DNA of 64,000 nucleotides from the human T2T-CHM13v2.0 reference genome, Homo sapiens (GCF_009914755.1 NC_060935.1), one strand, 5' to 3'; positions 13,258 to 27,020 are shown, counted from the first letter of the stretch. Notes: generated from the letters alone by a model not told the origin. A program made the numbers and translations.

Positions 13258-13990
13258 TCTTTTTTAAAATGAAAGTTTAGAATAGCCTTAGACTTACAGA
13301 AGTTGCAAAGATAGTGCAGAGTTCACATATACTCCAGACTCAGTTTCCTCTACTATTAAAATCTTACATTAGTATCATACATTTGTTAGAACTAGTGAAC
13401 CAATATCTATATTTTAATATTAACTAAACTCTATGTTTTATTCATATTATCTTCGTTTCACCTAATGGTCTTTTTTCTGTTCCAGGATCCCATCCAGAAT
13501 GTCACATTATAATTAGTTGTCATGTCTCCTTAGGCTACTGTTGGCTGTGCCAGTTTCTCAGACTTTACCTGTTTTGGATGATCTTAGCAGTTTTAAGGAG
13601 GCCTGTCAGATACTTCATCCAATGTTCTCTAATTTGGATTTTTTGCTGTTTTTCATAGTTAGATACAGGGTTATGGCTTTGGGAGAGGAAGAACACAGAG
13701 ATAAAGTACCATTCTCTCAACACATCATATCAAAGGTATATGTTTATCAAATGACTTATCATTGCTAATGATCACCTTGACTACCTGACTGAGGTAGCAT
13801 TTGTCAGATTTCTTCACTGTAAAGTGACTCTCTCCTTCCCCTCCTTTCCATACTGTACTCTTTGGAAAGAAGTTACTATGTGTAGCCTACATTTAAGAAA
13901 TGGGGAGTTCTATACCACCTCCATGAGGGCAGAGTATCTACAAAAATTAGGCAGAATTCTTCTGTATGGGAGATTTCTATAACTCTTCTT
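13258..13990 (-). mobile_element. Ancient L1 (L1MC1/2-like) 3' UTR
   Basis: ttacagaagttgcaaagatagt..ttctgttccaggatcccatccag..tttggaaagaagttactatgtgtagcc. Confidence 0.8.
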
Positions 13991-14154
13991 ATTCCTAAAC
14001 ATGAATATATTAAAATGTTTTCATGTGTATTCAAAACATTCACAATTTTTTTTTTAATTTTGAATATGGAACTATAAAACATTCCTTCTATCTAATAATG
14101 GAGGGGGGAGAGTTTTCAGGCATAGACATAACCAGGTTCCTTTTGTAGTTTTTG

Positions 14155-14630
14155 TTTTGAAACACCAGATCAGGTTACTTTTCTGCTTAAAATCTTTCAA
14201 TATCTTATAATCATCAAGATAGAATCCAATACTTTTGGCTATATAAAGGGCTTAGAATTTTCTTTGGAGTATAACTTTACCTCCTGTCACACTCCTATAC
14301 CATCCCATGATTCTGCCATCCAAAATATTCAAAATGTTTTATGTCTCCTGAACTCAGAATTGTCTCATACTTCCAATTTTTTGCAGGTATTCTCCCAGAA
14401 TGCCATTTCCTCCCTTACCTATCCAGTGAACTTTTAGTCATCTTCCAAGCTCTGTACAACATTCCAGTTGGAACTCTTCAAACTCATTGTCTTCTGATAT
14501 CTGGTTTATAAAGGCCTTAGACATCCCCATATAATCCCAGAAGACTATGTGCATAAAATGTTTCTGGGAATTATCATACTGGACTGCAACCTTAGCTTTA
14601 TTTTCCCTCCCCCATTAGATAGCATGCTCC
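14155..14630 (+). mobile_element. L2 fragment
   Basis: cagatcaggttacttttctgcttaaaatctttcaat..ccagaatgccatttcc..cccccattagatagcatgctcc. Confidence 0.55.
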
Positions 14631-15636
14631 AAATGCACATGCAATTAATAAACAATGAAGTTATGCTATTAGAATATACCTTCTCTTATTAGCCAACGAT
14701 AAAGAATATTCTTAAAATTTCCTACATATAGGCATTGACTATTGCATATGCTCTTCTACATTGCTGATTTAGAAATAGTTTTCCAATCTGCACATTTGTT
14801 GTTCTGTAAAATTTGAACTCAACCCTAGGTCATGTGACTCTCAGCCTAGGACTCTGTCTACATCATTGTAGTGTTTCTCAGTTCGTAGCACTAGGAAGAA
14901 TATCTAACACAGATAATGAAGATGGAATTTCCTGGAATAAAAGGAGGAAAATTTAAAAATCCAAAAGAATAAAAATGTCATACCAGAAAAAAAATGCAAG
15001 ATTGTCTAAATCATTCCTTTGAATTATTGATAAGAAAGATACTGAGGCTAAAATTGGTAGTGTTCATCTGACAATTATACCATTTATTAATGAAAAAGCT
15101 ATGAGCTAGATCATAAGGATTCTAACTCCCAACCAGAGATCTTGGAGTAGAATATGGAAAAGGTGCCAGTAAAAAGATTTGCCTGATTCTATTAAAAACA
15201 TGTAAGACAAACAACTGTCTCATGATTAAGCTATTTTTTCTCTTACGGTAAATAGCTCAAAATTTCTGAGTTCTCTAGGGATAAATTTTGCGTAACAGTG
15301 TAGGTGTACAAGTTTGAATATGTGAAGTAATTTTTTTTATTATCTTCTCTTCCTTTTTTTTTTTAAAAAAAAAAAAAAAACAGTACCAATCTCTTAAATC
15401 AAGTCAGGTCAAATGTTGCCATAGTTGTCCTCAGGATTTTTGAATTATCAGATTCTTACTATCTCTAGGCCTTTGATTTGAAGAGCTCTTTTTTGAGTAC
15501 GATATATTTTTGTTGTTTTGTTCGGTTTTTCCCCAAGATAGCTTAGAGAATAAAAATTTTTGAAAGATATGTGCAAATCTAGATGTTGACTGCTTTCAAA
15601 TGACTACCACTCAGAAGTTGGGGGTAGCCTAATTAC

Positions 15637-16498
15637 TGATGGAGTTAAGGACACACTATCCCAAAATTTGGCACCATGGCATTTGAGGAAACAGCAGAAG
15701 CAAGAAAATTGCTCTCATTTTCTCCCCGGAGGCAGGTCCTAAAAGAATTTTCTGAATTTTCTCTGAAGAAAACCTTCATGCCATAGGTTTCCTTCCTATA
15801 TCTGGAGGAAAATAACATTCTTATTGTCAAAGACTTAGAGACCCCAAGAGAAATCTGAACAGGCCTTGCCAAGTTCCTCCCAGCTTATTACATTAGATCA
15901 TACCCTTTTGTCCTCCAATTAACAGCGATATGATCATTTACTCTTCATCAAACTTAATATAAAAACCTACAGTTTTTTTTATTTCTTTAGGTCTTCATTT
16001 TTGAAGGCTCCTGTCTTATGTAAAATTAATTGCATTAGTCTGTTTTCATGCTGCTGATAAAGACATACTCAAGACGGGGTAATTTATAAAGAAAAAAGAG
16101 GCTTAATGGACTCACAGTTTCACATGGCTGGGGAGGTCTCACAATCATGGCAGAAGGCAAAAAGCACGTCTTACATGGCAGTAAGCAAGACAGAATGAGA
16201 GCCAAGCAAAAGGGGAAGCCCCTTATAAAACCGTCAGATCTCATGAGACTTATTCACTTCCTCGAGAACAGTATGGGGGAAACCAACCCCCATGATTCAA
16301 TTATCTCCCACTGGTTCCCTCCCACAACATGTGGGAATTATGGGAGCTACAATTCAAGATGAGATCTGGGTAAAAACACAGCCAAACCATATTACTAATA
16401 TTTAACAAATGTGTATGCTTTCCTCTTGTTAATCTGCCTTTTTTCTTGGTGCCTCAGCTATGAACCTAGATGAGAAAAGAAATCTCTTTTCCTCTATA
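15637..16498 (+). mobile_element. ERV1 solo LTR (MER34/MER39-like), interrupted by THE1
   Basis: tgatggagttaaggacacactatcccaaaatttggcacc..tgtatgctttcctcttgttaatctg..cctctata; 4-bp TSD ttac at 15633-36 and 16499-502. Confidence 0.75.
16031..16394 (-). mobile_element. THE1 (B/C-like) MaLR solo LTR
   Basis: tgcattagtctgttttcatgctgctgataaagac..cacagccaaaccatatta; TSD ttaat/ctaat. Confidence 0.93.
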
Positions 16499-17354
16499 TT
16501 ACCTACAAGTTATTTACATGTTATTTTTTTCTCTTAACCATAACTGATATTTAGTAGGACACATATGTATGGTCTAAATATTGTAGGTTGGTAAATATCT
16601 CCTGCTTCAAGAACTTTGAGTGGCCTATGCCAACTCTGGTTGCCTTGCCTAACTCTCTCTCAATACCCCATACCTCCTCATGATATAAGGTTAGCTCTAG
16701 AACCCTGAGATGGAAAGCATTCTATTGTAATTTGTTGATATCTCTACCATACCAATTGTTAGTATTTGTATTACCAACTATTCTCACAGCTGAATTCAAT
16801 ACTGAATTCTTTCAGAGGTGTTTTGACACTTCAGATTCTGAAATTATTTAGCATCTCTTAGCCATTAGTTCTCAACCTCCAAAATGATACGTGCCTTGCA
16901 GCGTTGTGAAAACTAGTAATTTATGCAAAATACTCAGCACATAGTAGGTGCTTCCAAAAACACAATTCTTAAATACTAAAAAAAGAAGAAAAATGAATAT
17001 TTATATCTTTCCTCATATATATGCATTATGTGAGAATACAATTCACTTACCAACTGAAATAGAGAGGTAGGAGTTTCGGAAAATCAGGAGAGAAAGAGAA
17101 AGTTCTTCTACAGTATTAATAATATTTTATAGATGTTATAGTTGTACATGGTACAGGGAGGACCTTTCTTTTCTTAAAAAATTAGTAATAGCAATTTAAT
17201 GCTGAATATGATATGATCTCCGTTTCCAAGGAATTTAAAATGTATTATATAGTGTTTTCTTATAACCAGCCAAATACATAATTCAGAATAAGGTCAGAAA
17301 CTTTATGATGGTTGAGTTACTTCCAATCATTAGCACCATGGTTGGGCTTTGTCA

Positions 17355-17630
17355 CTTCAATATTTACTGAGCATATTCCATAGAGCAGGCAATATACCAG
17401 GCACTGGGGAATATAAGGATGAATAAGACTATGTCCCTAACTTCGAGAAGCTCATCAGTTAATACAAAGTATAGACCTATAAGTTATTGTAGCAAAATGA
17501 GATAGATGCAAAATAATAGAAGTACTGTCCGAGAGAATATGAGGAAAGCTTCACAGAATACGTGTGCCTTGAGGAATAGGTGGAAGGGGAATTAGCCAAG
17601 TTTTTGGAGGAAAGGAAGACATTCTAAACA
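17355..17630 (-). mobile_element. L2 3' fragment
   Basis: caatatttactgagcat..ccaggcactggggaatataaggatgaataagactatgtccct. Confidence 0.65.
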
Positions 17631-18184
17631 TACTGGACTGTTTTTATGCACTGATGTGTATCAGAGAGCAATCAAAGCCACATCCAGCCCTTGTTCCCAA
17701 TGTCATTACTCCCTTCTTTGTGTAGTTTTAGTTCCAGAGCTGGGATAATTTTTGGCATTTGACTTGCTCTGCTATATTTTTAAGCCTACCTCAGTATATT
17801 CATGTTCTTGTTAAATACAGTTTAATGGAATAGAAAAATATTTTCTGTAAAAATATTATCCCACCAAGAAAGCATACTCAATAATGAACTAAGCATTTCA
17901 GTTCTTTTAGTTGAATTTTTCTATTCAGATTTCATAATATACAGGTGACAAAGTAATAACAATTATGGCCATTTAATAGTATTTTCTCCTATTTCCTAGG
18001 GAAGGCAATTTATTTTCAAATTCATAAGCTGCAAATGGAGAGTTATTATTATGGTAATGGACTAAAATGCAAAACAAATGTCGTCATGACATGTGGAAAA
18101 ACATTCCTACAACGCTACCCAGCAAAGATTTGCACTTCTATGGATATTAAAAATATATGCTCCTTTATCAACATGCTCAGTTAT

Positions 18185-18600
18185 TTATTCCACACATATT
18201 TCCCAGTGCTTCTTGTGTGCTAGACATTCTGATATAAGGATGGAAATGCACAGTTCTGGACTTCAAGATTCTAATTGAGGAAAGAAATATTAACACTCTC
18301 TCATGGGGTCATTTTTTTAACCTGAGTCTTGCACAAAGGGGATGGTCAGAGGGCTCATTTATATTTGCCTAGTGATGTCAGGGAAGGTCTCGGAAGAGGT
18401 GAGAGCTGAGGCTGATGGGATAAGTGGAGTTTTCCAGACTAATACGTACGGAGAGGGCGTCCCAGACAAAGGGAACAACACCTGCAAAGAAGCAAAGCAG
18501 AGAGTTATGCAAGTGCAGGCGGAGAGAAGAGAAGGAGAGAAGGGTTCAGAGAACTAAAACTGAATATGAAGGTGGAGAAAGATGGGCCGTATTTCAAGTT
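18185..18600 (-). mobile_element. L2 fragment
   Basis: ttattccacacatattt..tgtgtgctagacatt..gtcagggaaggtctc..cagacaaagggaacaacacctgcaaag. Confidence 0.55.
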
Positions 18601-19429
18601 CTGAGGCCACAGAGTCACAGCTGTAACAATGGTTCTTTTAGAAAGATAATTCTTTGAAAACATCCTCTTCCCATGCCATATTTCAGTCACACACCTTCAG
18701 GTTCAACCTGTCTTGTGTGAATTATTTACCTTAGAATAACCAAGAGGTAGCTAGTGCATTTACCCTCTGGCGGTCCCTTAAGACTAACTTATTAGGAGAG
18801 CAAAGATGATTTCTACCTTGTTAACCACTGTACTTCTAGGGCCCAGGACAGCATGTGGCTCATAATTGGTACTCATTGAAAATTTGTGGATTGAATAAAT
18901 AAGAGGAAAAATTGATTACTGACCTAATATCATTATGGCTCTGGCAACTATTAGCTGCATCTCCTTGGGAAAGTGCTTGACATCACAGCGCATCATTTTC
19001 AGCTGTAACATGTGTGTGCTACACTCCTCTTGATACTGTCAGGATTAAATTGGGTTGTTTATGTGAGAGTCAATACAAATGCCTAACCGATAAAACATCT
19101 TTAATGTGTAATACATGTTGTTTCCAATCCCTTTTTTTTTAAATCATTCTCTTTGTCTTATATACCAATTTAAATATCCTATTAAATAGCCAAACAAAGG
19201 AAGCAATCAAAATAGCAACCAAATCTGCCCTGCAATCTGCACCTCCCACACGCCTCACCAGCACTGGTCTATCACTTTCCATTTCACTGTCGAACATCTG
19301 GTAAAAATGATTTAAGTTCACTATGAACTTTCTAAAGGACATGTTTCAAATCTTAACATGCAGGCCTTTGCTTCTAAAATTCCCTTTGTAATGTTTTACT
19401 CTTTTAAATTTTACGATAAGTGGTCTTCT

Positions 19430-20410
19430 AATTGCCAAATCTACTCATCTTTTCTCTTACCAGAACTCTTGGCAGGAAGTTCTTTCTCTTTCCTTGGTCC
19501 CTTCCCTAACTCTCGAGAAAACGAAAGCTTCTTGTTCCCTGCCTCTTCTTCTGTCAGTCCCTTAAATTTAGACACTTCTCAAGGCGGCATACTTTTTTCT
19601 CCCTTTTTTCTCTCATAATTCTACATAGACTTGGTTTCACAGCTTTGTTCTAGTCTCCCAGTAGCCACTGACAACTAGCCCTGTTTTCTTCATAATGACT
19701 AACACCACCTGCCCAGCATCCTCTGACATCTCTGCATGAGAGTGGAAACATTCTTCTACATCACTCTGGTAAAGACAAATCCTCTTACTGCCCCCTTTTC
19801 CAACCTGGTTCTCCTCTTATGTATATAAGAAAGGCAATTATCTTCCTCTTTGAAATTGTGATCATTTTCTGGTTCCAAAAATTCTTCCATTCTCACAGAG
19901 TATTCACTCATTTTCGAGAATTTTAACTTTACAGCATAGTAGGCACTCTTCCACATAGCCTCTCACCTTTCTCAGATAATTGCAACAGTTTCCTCCCAAC
20001 TCTAATTTTTATCTTCTCTATGCTATACTCTATAGCCAAAGCAGCTCTGTATAAAGCACAGATCTATTCATATCATTCTCCAGTTGGGCCACATTTAATT
20101 GTTCTTATTATTAAGAAAGAAAAAAAAAATATCACCCAAGGCATTTCAGCCCTGCAGCCAAATCTTTGAAACACCTCAGGCAACCTTCTAAAAGTGGAGA
20201 AAATGAGAAGGCTTGCCTTCACCTCAATTCATTTTCCCTTCAGATATCTGAGTCCTGTAAGACTCATTACCATTCCCGTGTGGCCTCTCACCTTGCTGAC
20301 TTGGCCTCTGCCATCTCTTCTGCCTGGAACACCATCAGTCTCCGCCAGCTGCACTTCTGTCACTTACCACAGCCCAGATTCTACCTCTTCAAGGTTAGTC
20401 TGGGGTCTTC
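19430..20410 (+). mobile_element. Diverged L2 body fragments
   Basis: Pyrimidine-rich L2-like blocks: attgcaacagtttcctc..agatctattcatatcattc..ctgccatctcttctgcctggaacacc. Confidence 0.5.
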
Positions 20411-21334
20411 AGTGATATTTTCTAACACTCAACACATTAAACAAATTATTTTTCTAACGTTTAGAGTTAGAAACAGTCTCCCTCATAAGTGCGTTTTATA
20501 CCCATGCTCAGAAATAAGTTCGAGTGATGGTTATCTTTCGTTCACTCGGTCTGTTATTTTAGGCTGCTGCGTTATCATCAGCATTAGAGCAGGATCGTTG
20601 ACTTTAGGTAAAGAAGGTTTATTACTTCAAATTAGACCTTGTGATGAGATTCAAATTCTCCCATATAATTATTGCCAGCAAGAAATGATCCACCACCGTA
20701 CATTTAATTGCGGTCTTATTTTTTTCAAGGGGGCTGCAGGGAGGGGGAGAATTACATGGGGAGATTGATTCATTGAAGTGAGTCAGGTAAACAGCGTTTA
20801 GTGCGGAGGGATTTAAAGGTTCATCCGTTTCTATTTATTCCTGTAACTTAAGAGCCCAATTAAGTATAATGGGTTAAAGTATTAAAAATCGGTTTGATTA
20901 TCACTACTTACTCAGTGAGACACTGATTAAAGCTTAGGGAAAAGACAATTCTATTCATAGAGCTGAGAGAGGGAGAAAGATCAGAAATTGTTTATGGGCA
21001 CTTTTCACCTTATATTTACAAGGATTTTAATGAGGGGAAAATAAGGAAAATAGAAAATTTGTTCTTCAAAGGCTGACCTAATAAGTGGAGGAGGCAGTGA
21101 CAATGCTGTGTTACTTTTAGGGTGTGACAGCATGTACATTCCAGTTGCCAAACATATGCCTCATACCAGCTTGCCCCATCTGTGCTCCCTGAAAGATAGT
21201 ATCTTTTCCTGAAATAAAAATGTGCTTTCTTCTTTTCCTTGTCCCTCCTACCACCACTGAGTTGTGTCATTTCAAATTATTTTAAGCTATAAATTCTTCC
21301 GTGAAATTAGTTTAACCAAGATGTCAAAGTGACA

Positions 21335-21612
21335 AAACAGCGTATTGGAAAGAGCACTGAATATGAAGTCACAGAGAATTGATCTAAAGTCCTAATTGTG
21401 CCTCATTCTTTCTTTCCTTCATTCATGCAAGAAATGTTTTATAAGCCAGCTATGGGACCTTGGCCAAGTTAATTAACCACACTAAGATTTAGTTTCCTCT
21501 TTGTGTAATATAGATATAATCACTATGGCTTGCCTGGCAGGATTGTTGTAAGGATCGCATAAAATTATTAAAGTGAAATCACTTGTACATTCTAAAACAC
21601 TATGTGAATCCT
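21335..21612 (+). mobile_element. MIR SINE
   Basis: ggaaagagcactg..gaccttggccaagttaattaacc..agtttcctctttg..caggattgttgtaaggat. Confidence 0.6.
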
Positions 21613-23117
21613 CACATTTTGATGCTGAGAGAATAGTGAAATGGGAAACCTTAAGGTCTTCAAATCCTGTCTTGCTTGTGTACCGTTTTACACAGTTCCA
21701 CCCAGTGAGCACTTACTACATGGAGTGTATATACTAGAAGGTTCAGGAATACATAGGAATACATAAGAATACATAGCAATATATGTATTATGCCATGATC
21801 TCTCCCTAAGGGAAAGGGAGGGGAGAGGTAGAAGTATTTACCCAGTGCAATAGTAATACAAGACAGCAGAAGCCAAGAGTTAAATAGTCGATGCAGACAG
21901 TAAACATGTGGGTTTACAGGGAAGATGGTGTGGGGAAGGCTGCAATACTGCCTCATTGGACTCTCATGTCACTGAAGGGGACACAGTGTCCAAAGGGCTC
22001 TCATGGCTAGTTAGGACACAGCCACACAGCCAGCAGCCGATTCCACCTGGCTGCTCTCCCTGAGAAGTACCTCCAAGGTAAGACCCTGGAAATAATCCCA
22101 GAAAAGAAGGAGCGATGAGTTCTGGACTGATGATTTGGTGGAAAACACAGCCCTCTAAGAGTGTGGGATAAGAAGGAGGCTCTGGCTTCCTTTGCAAATA
22201 CACTACTCGTTCTTCCTCTCCATCTTAAGTCACTCCTTGTCCTGTTTCCTCTCTTTCATTCTTCTTATGACTTCTATGCTCTCATGTACTCTATGCTCTG
22301 TGGTAGAAAAGGGGTGCTGTGTACACACAAAATAAAAGTACCTGTGGGTTCTGGAGGAAGATCTAGCTTACTCCACAGCTTACCCTTCAAAGCTCACAAC
22401 AACACACTGAGCGATCCCCTTAAACTCTGTGTACCTCCGTTTCCTCTGCATAAGGGGAATAATGCTTACCTAGTAAGGAAGGCAATGTTTAACAAACTGA
22501 CATTGTTTTGGCTTATAATAGGTACTTAATACATACCTCAATAAATATTACTGTTTATTGTTGGTTGTACCAAAGAATACCCACTGTGGGGTTGGGGGTT
22601 ACCCTAAAAGCCTTTAACATAGCATTCTTTTTAACGTAATATTATAGCAAATCTTTCCCCTTACCTCACTTCAAAATATGTACTTTGTATGAAACATCCA
22701 AAGTTGATCAGAATACTTAATAATTTTAAAGCAAATTCTATAGCTTTTATATTGAATAAATCACATAATTGGATCATTTCTACATTACTAATATTTTGAT
22801 ATTATTAGTTTCGTGGACAAAAAAAGGAGAAGTTGTTTGAACTGATAGATTCAAAATAGTTACTTATTCTTTAAATGATTTTTTTCTAATAAAAGAGCTA
22901 TTTTTTCTCTCTCTCGCTTTAGCTGCTAGGAAGCTCAGAGTCAAACCAAACTCTCAAATCCACCAGGTATTACCAGATCCCAGTTTTCTTCTCTTTGTCC
23001 AGTTTTACAAACCTTATTGAGAGTTATTCTTTTTATAAGTTGCCTCACACACTAGCCTAGTATCTTTAAGAGACCAACCATAGATAACTGTCTATTACAC
23101 TCCATCCATACATGAAC

Positions 23118-23471
23118 TGTATTAGGCTGTTCTCATGCTGCTAATAGAGACATACCTGGGACTGGGTAATTTAAAGGGAAGAGGTTTAATGGACTCACAG
23201 TTCCATATGGCTGGGGAAGCCTTACAATCATGGCAAAAGATAAAGGAAGAGCAAAGGAACATCTTACATGGCAGCAGGCAAGAGTGCTTGTGCAGGGGAA
23301 CTCACATTTATAAAACCATCAGATCTTGTGAGACTTATTCACTACCACGAGCACAGTATGGGCAAAACTGCGCCCATGATTCAATTATCACCACCTGGTT
23401 TCACCCTTCAGATGTGGGAATTATTACAATTCAAGTTGAGATTTGGGTGGAGACCCAGCCAAACCATGTCA
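23118..23471 (-). mobile_element. THE1-family MaLR solo LTR
   Basis: tgtattaggctgttctcatgctgctaat..cagccaaaccatgtca; flanks atgaac/atgac resemble a TSD. Confidence 0.92.
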
Positions 23472-24269
23472 ATGACCTAGCACTGAAAAATCCATTTTAA
23501 CTGAGAAGCCAGGTGCTATAATTGTAGAAAGAGTACAACCCAATGAAGTCTAAATCCAAGTAACATGTACATAGGCAAAACAGTCATTGTTTGCAAAGAA
23601 ACAGATGACTGTGAATTGATTTAACCTGAATATCATTTAGCCACTCATAAGTTATTATTTTTACCATTTGATTATTCCTCAAGACTGTGACAGCTCTGGC
23701 ATCCTCAGTTCATAGTTCCCGAGGTTGCCCTTGAGATCATCTCCTTTCCCAAGTTGAAAGGAGCAAAACCCAGAGAGGAACATGTGGAATTGTTTTATGT
23801 TCATGGCTACAAGTTGTATATATCATTTCTGATCATATTTTATTAGCTACAATTCAGTCATATGACCAATCTAACCACAAAGGACACTGGAACTACCTCT
23901 CTAGCTCATAATAGTAGTCTAGACCGTACGGCTAAAACCACAAGTCTACATCAGAATTTACTTTTACTTACAAAGAGTTTATTGATAGAAAGCATCACAA
24001 TTTAAAAATGCACTGCCATGCACCAGTGCATTTCATCTTGTGAACCACAGTGTAGTAGCTAATTTAAGGACTTTGGATTCAGAGTTTTCATTTCCCCATG
24101 GGAAATTACTTAAACCTGCTATATTTCTCTTCAGGTCTGTTTTAGTCTTTGTAAAATGGGCTTTGTCATCAAATAAACCTGCAGTTAAATCCTGGCTCTG
24201 GCATTGACTGCCAGGAGGTTTGGGAGATGTAATACTTTTAAAACATACCCCCAAAGTTTTCAAGTGAAA

Positions 24270-24714
24270 ATTGTTTCTATCAAAAGGTAGGGATTATGCG
24301 TTTCTCCTTGAATCTGGGCCCTATGACTGCTTGACTGAAAGAGTATGGAGGAAGTGATGCTGTACCAGTTTCTGGCACAGGCTTTATTAAACTGGCAGCC
24401 TCCATTTTTTGTCTCTTAAGATGCTTACTCACGAAATCCAGCTGGCATGCTCTGAAGAAGCCCAAGAAGTCCTTGAAGAAACCCATGTGGAGAGAAACAG
24501 CTGGTCCTGGTCTGCACTCCTGGCCATGTGGGTGAGCCACATTGAAAGCGAATCCTGCAGGTCCCAGTTGAATGCCTCCCCAGATGTCTGGTGGATCCAA
24601 GAAGGGCTGTCTCAGCCAAACTCTACCTTATTTGTGAGCAGATAAATGACTGGTATTGTCTAAAGCAAGTAAGTTTTGAGATGATTCGCTTCAGAGCAAT
24701 AGATTACTAGAACA
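24270..24714 (+). mobile_element. MLT1H-like MaLR LTR
   Basis: ccttgaatctgggc..gaagtgatgctgtaccagtttc..aagttttgagatg..gcaatagattactagaaca. Confidence 0.75.
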
Positions 24715-24967
24715 AGAGAGTTTTGTTTATTCTGTAGGAAGAGCTACCATTAGATTGTTGGCCAATTTCAGAAGAATTTCTATGCCTTACATGAATGTTA
24801 CAAAATCATTTTACTTAAAATTCAGCCTATTCAAAATTTTATAAATTTCAATCAGCTTCCTCATCAGACTTCATTAATAAAATAAATGATAATACTTATT
24901 GTTTATTAAATTAATCTGTACTATACACCTCATGGGAGCATTTCAGATTTTCTAATTTGATTTCATA

Positions 24968-25053
24968 ATAATTATATAGAATTAATATATTAATAATATA
25001 TTAATTCTATAAAATATTAATATATTATTAATATATTAATTCTATAGAATTAT
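24968..25053. repeat. AT-rich perfect inverted repeat (31-bp arms)
   Basis: 24975-25005 is the exact reverse complement of 25016-25046. Confidence 0.9.
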
Positions 25054-25936
25054 ATTTTTTTAAATTACTGATAAGAAAACTTAGGCTTAGGGAAACTACA
25101 TAGTAATTAACATCATCTGGATAGGCACACTGATGAGTAAACACTTAAGCCTATATCCTCCCGCCTGTTTCATGCTACTTTTTACGTATATTATCTGATA
25201 AATAATAACTAAAAATCAATCATGACAGCAATGACTGAATGGGCTAAGAAAAGGAAATGGCTTTAGTAAGACTTTATTGACAAAGTTAGCCAAGTAGCGA
25301 GCTTTCTAGACAGACAAAACAGTATAAGCAAAGGCTCTGAGGCATGCCATTTTTTGCCAGGGAGCTGCATATATTTTAGTATTATTGGGATTTTGAGTTT
25401 CTAGAACAGAAAATGTACGAATGTCTCAGGATCCTCAGAAAGTATGTGAAGGGTGAACTAGACTACCTAAGAGTACTGGGACTACTATAAGGATAGCTAA
25501 GGAAAGAGTACTTGGAAAGCTGCAGCGTTTGAGGTCATGATTATTTCTTTTACATGTTTCTCCGTTCCTCCAATTATAAATTCCTCAAGGATAATAAACC
25601 AAACTGATGTTTCTGTGTACAGGTCCCATTTGTAATGAAATTTTTAATACAGAAAGATGTTCAAATATATTCTCTGAATGAGTGAATTTTCACTTAAACA
25701 TTCTAATTTTAATAAAATGTTTCCCAGGATTACTTTAATATCTATCGCACATTCTCTTCGAATTTTTGTGAGACAATGTATTATTTCAGGATCAGCTGAA
25801 TTTAATAGGCTTATTATACTTTGACCAGTTTTTTACTAGTAAACAATCTGTCAGTATAGGAATAATTCATATTAAATCCAGTGTAATTTATGTATAGATA
25901 GTTTGGGTTTTGTTCATTTGACTTTTTACTTGTTTC

Positions 25937-25982
<46 letters not shown>
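25937..25982 (+). repeat. (TAGA)11 tetranucleotide STR
   Basis: Uninterrupted run, adjacent to an MLT2 LTR. Confidence 0.97.
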
Positions 25983-25983
<1 letters not shown>

Positions 25984-25994
25984 ATTTAATGTAA

Positions 25995-26422
25995 GATGCA
26001 GGCTCATGAGATTTTGGAGGCTGAGAATTTCTACAGTCTGCAGGCTGGAGAAGCAGGAAAGCCAGCAGTGTAATTAAAAGCCCTAAGAGTTAGAGAACTA
26101 GTGGTATAGATTTCAGTCTGTCTGAGGGCCTGAGAACAAGACCACTATAGATAGCTTCAGATTGATGTCACAGCTCAAGCACTCAAGAGAGTTAATTCAA
26201 CCTTCCACAATTCTGTTCTATGCAGGTACTCAAGGGATTGGATAACACCCACCCACATTAGGGAGGGCCATTGGCTTTACTCAGTCTATCAACTGAAATG
26301 CTAACCTCTTCCAGAAACACCTTTACAGACACACCCAGAAATAATGTTTAACCAGATATCTGGCATCCAGATATAGCCCAGAGATAGCCCAGTCAAGTTG
26401 ACACATAAAATTAACCATTATA
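25995..26422 (-). mobile_element. MLT2B-like ERVL LTR
   Basis: cagacacacccagaaataatgttt..cccagtcaagttgacacataaaattaaccat is the reverse of the MLT2 5' end. Confidence 0.85.
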
Positions 26423-27020
26423 TCCATATATGCTAAATCTATGATAATAAGACTAAGAGTTGAATTAGGATGGGGAAGACCTGAGTCACAGCTATGACTT
26501 TTGTTCCTCTGATAAGTTTTTCATCATGAAAATGATCATCATTTTCTCAGCCCTGGCTATATTAGGATTTTATTGTGAGAATCAATACTATCACTTTACT
26601 ATTTCAGTAATAACTATAGCAAAAACATTAATATTCATGACCAACATAACAACTCCACTATATCCAATATCACCTTTTACTGGGGACTTGCTAGATGCCA
26701 TACATTAGAGCCAGACTTTAGGTACATTACATCATTTAATTTAGAGTAACCAATGAGACATGCTCTATTATCTTCATTCTATTATCTTTCTTTTTTACAC
26801 AATTTTCTTGGCATAAGAATATGCTTTTGATATAATAATAATGAAATCAGGCAGAAAACAATACGTGGTGCAACATGATCTTTACCACATAAATTTAAAA
26901 TGCAACCAAGGAATAAAATCAAAGAAAAATATGACTCTCAAATCAAATAAAGTGGCTTAAACATTTTATCTCTATCTTTGGTCTCTCCTATGCCATGGCA
27001 AGACTCCTTTATAATTCCAG

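Noticed and set aside
20166-20768. Longest ORF (200 aa, +)
   Set aside because: Non-ATG start, overlaps L2-derived and enhancer-like DNA, no recognisable domain; consistent with chance
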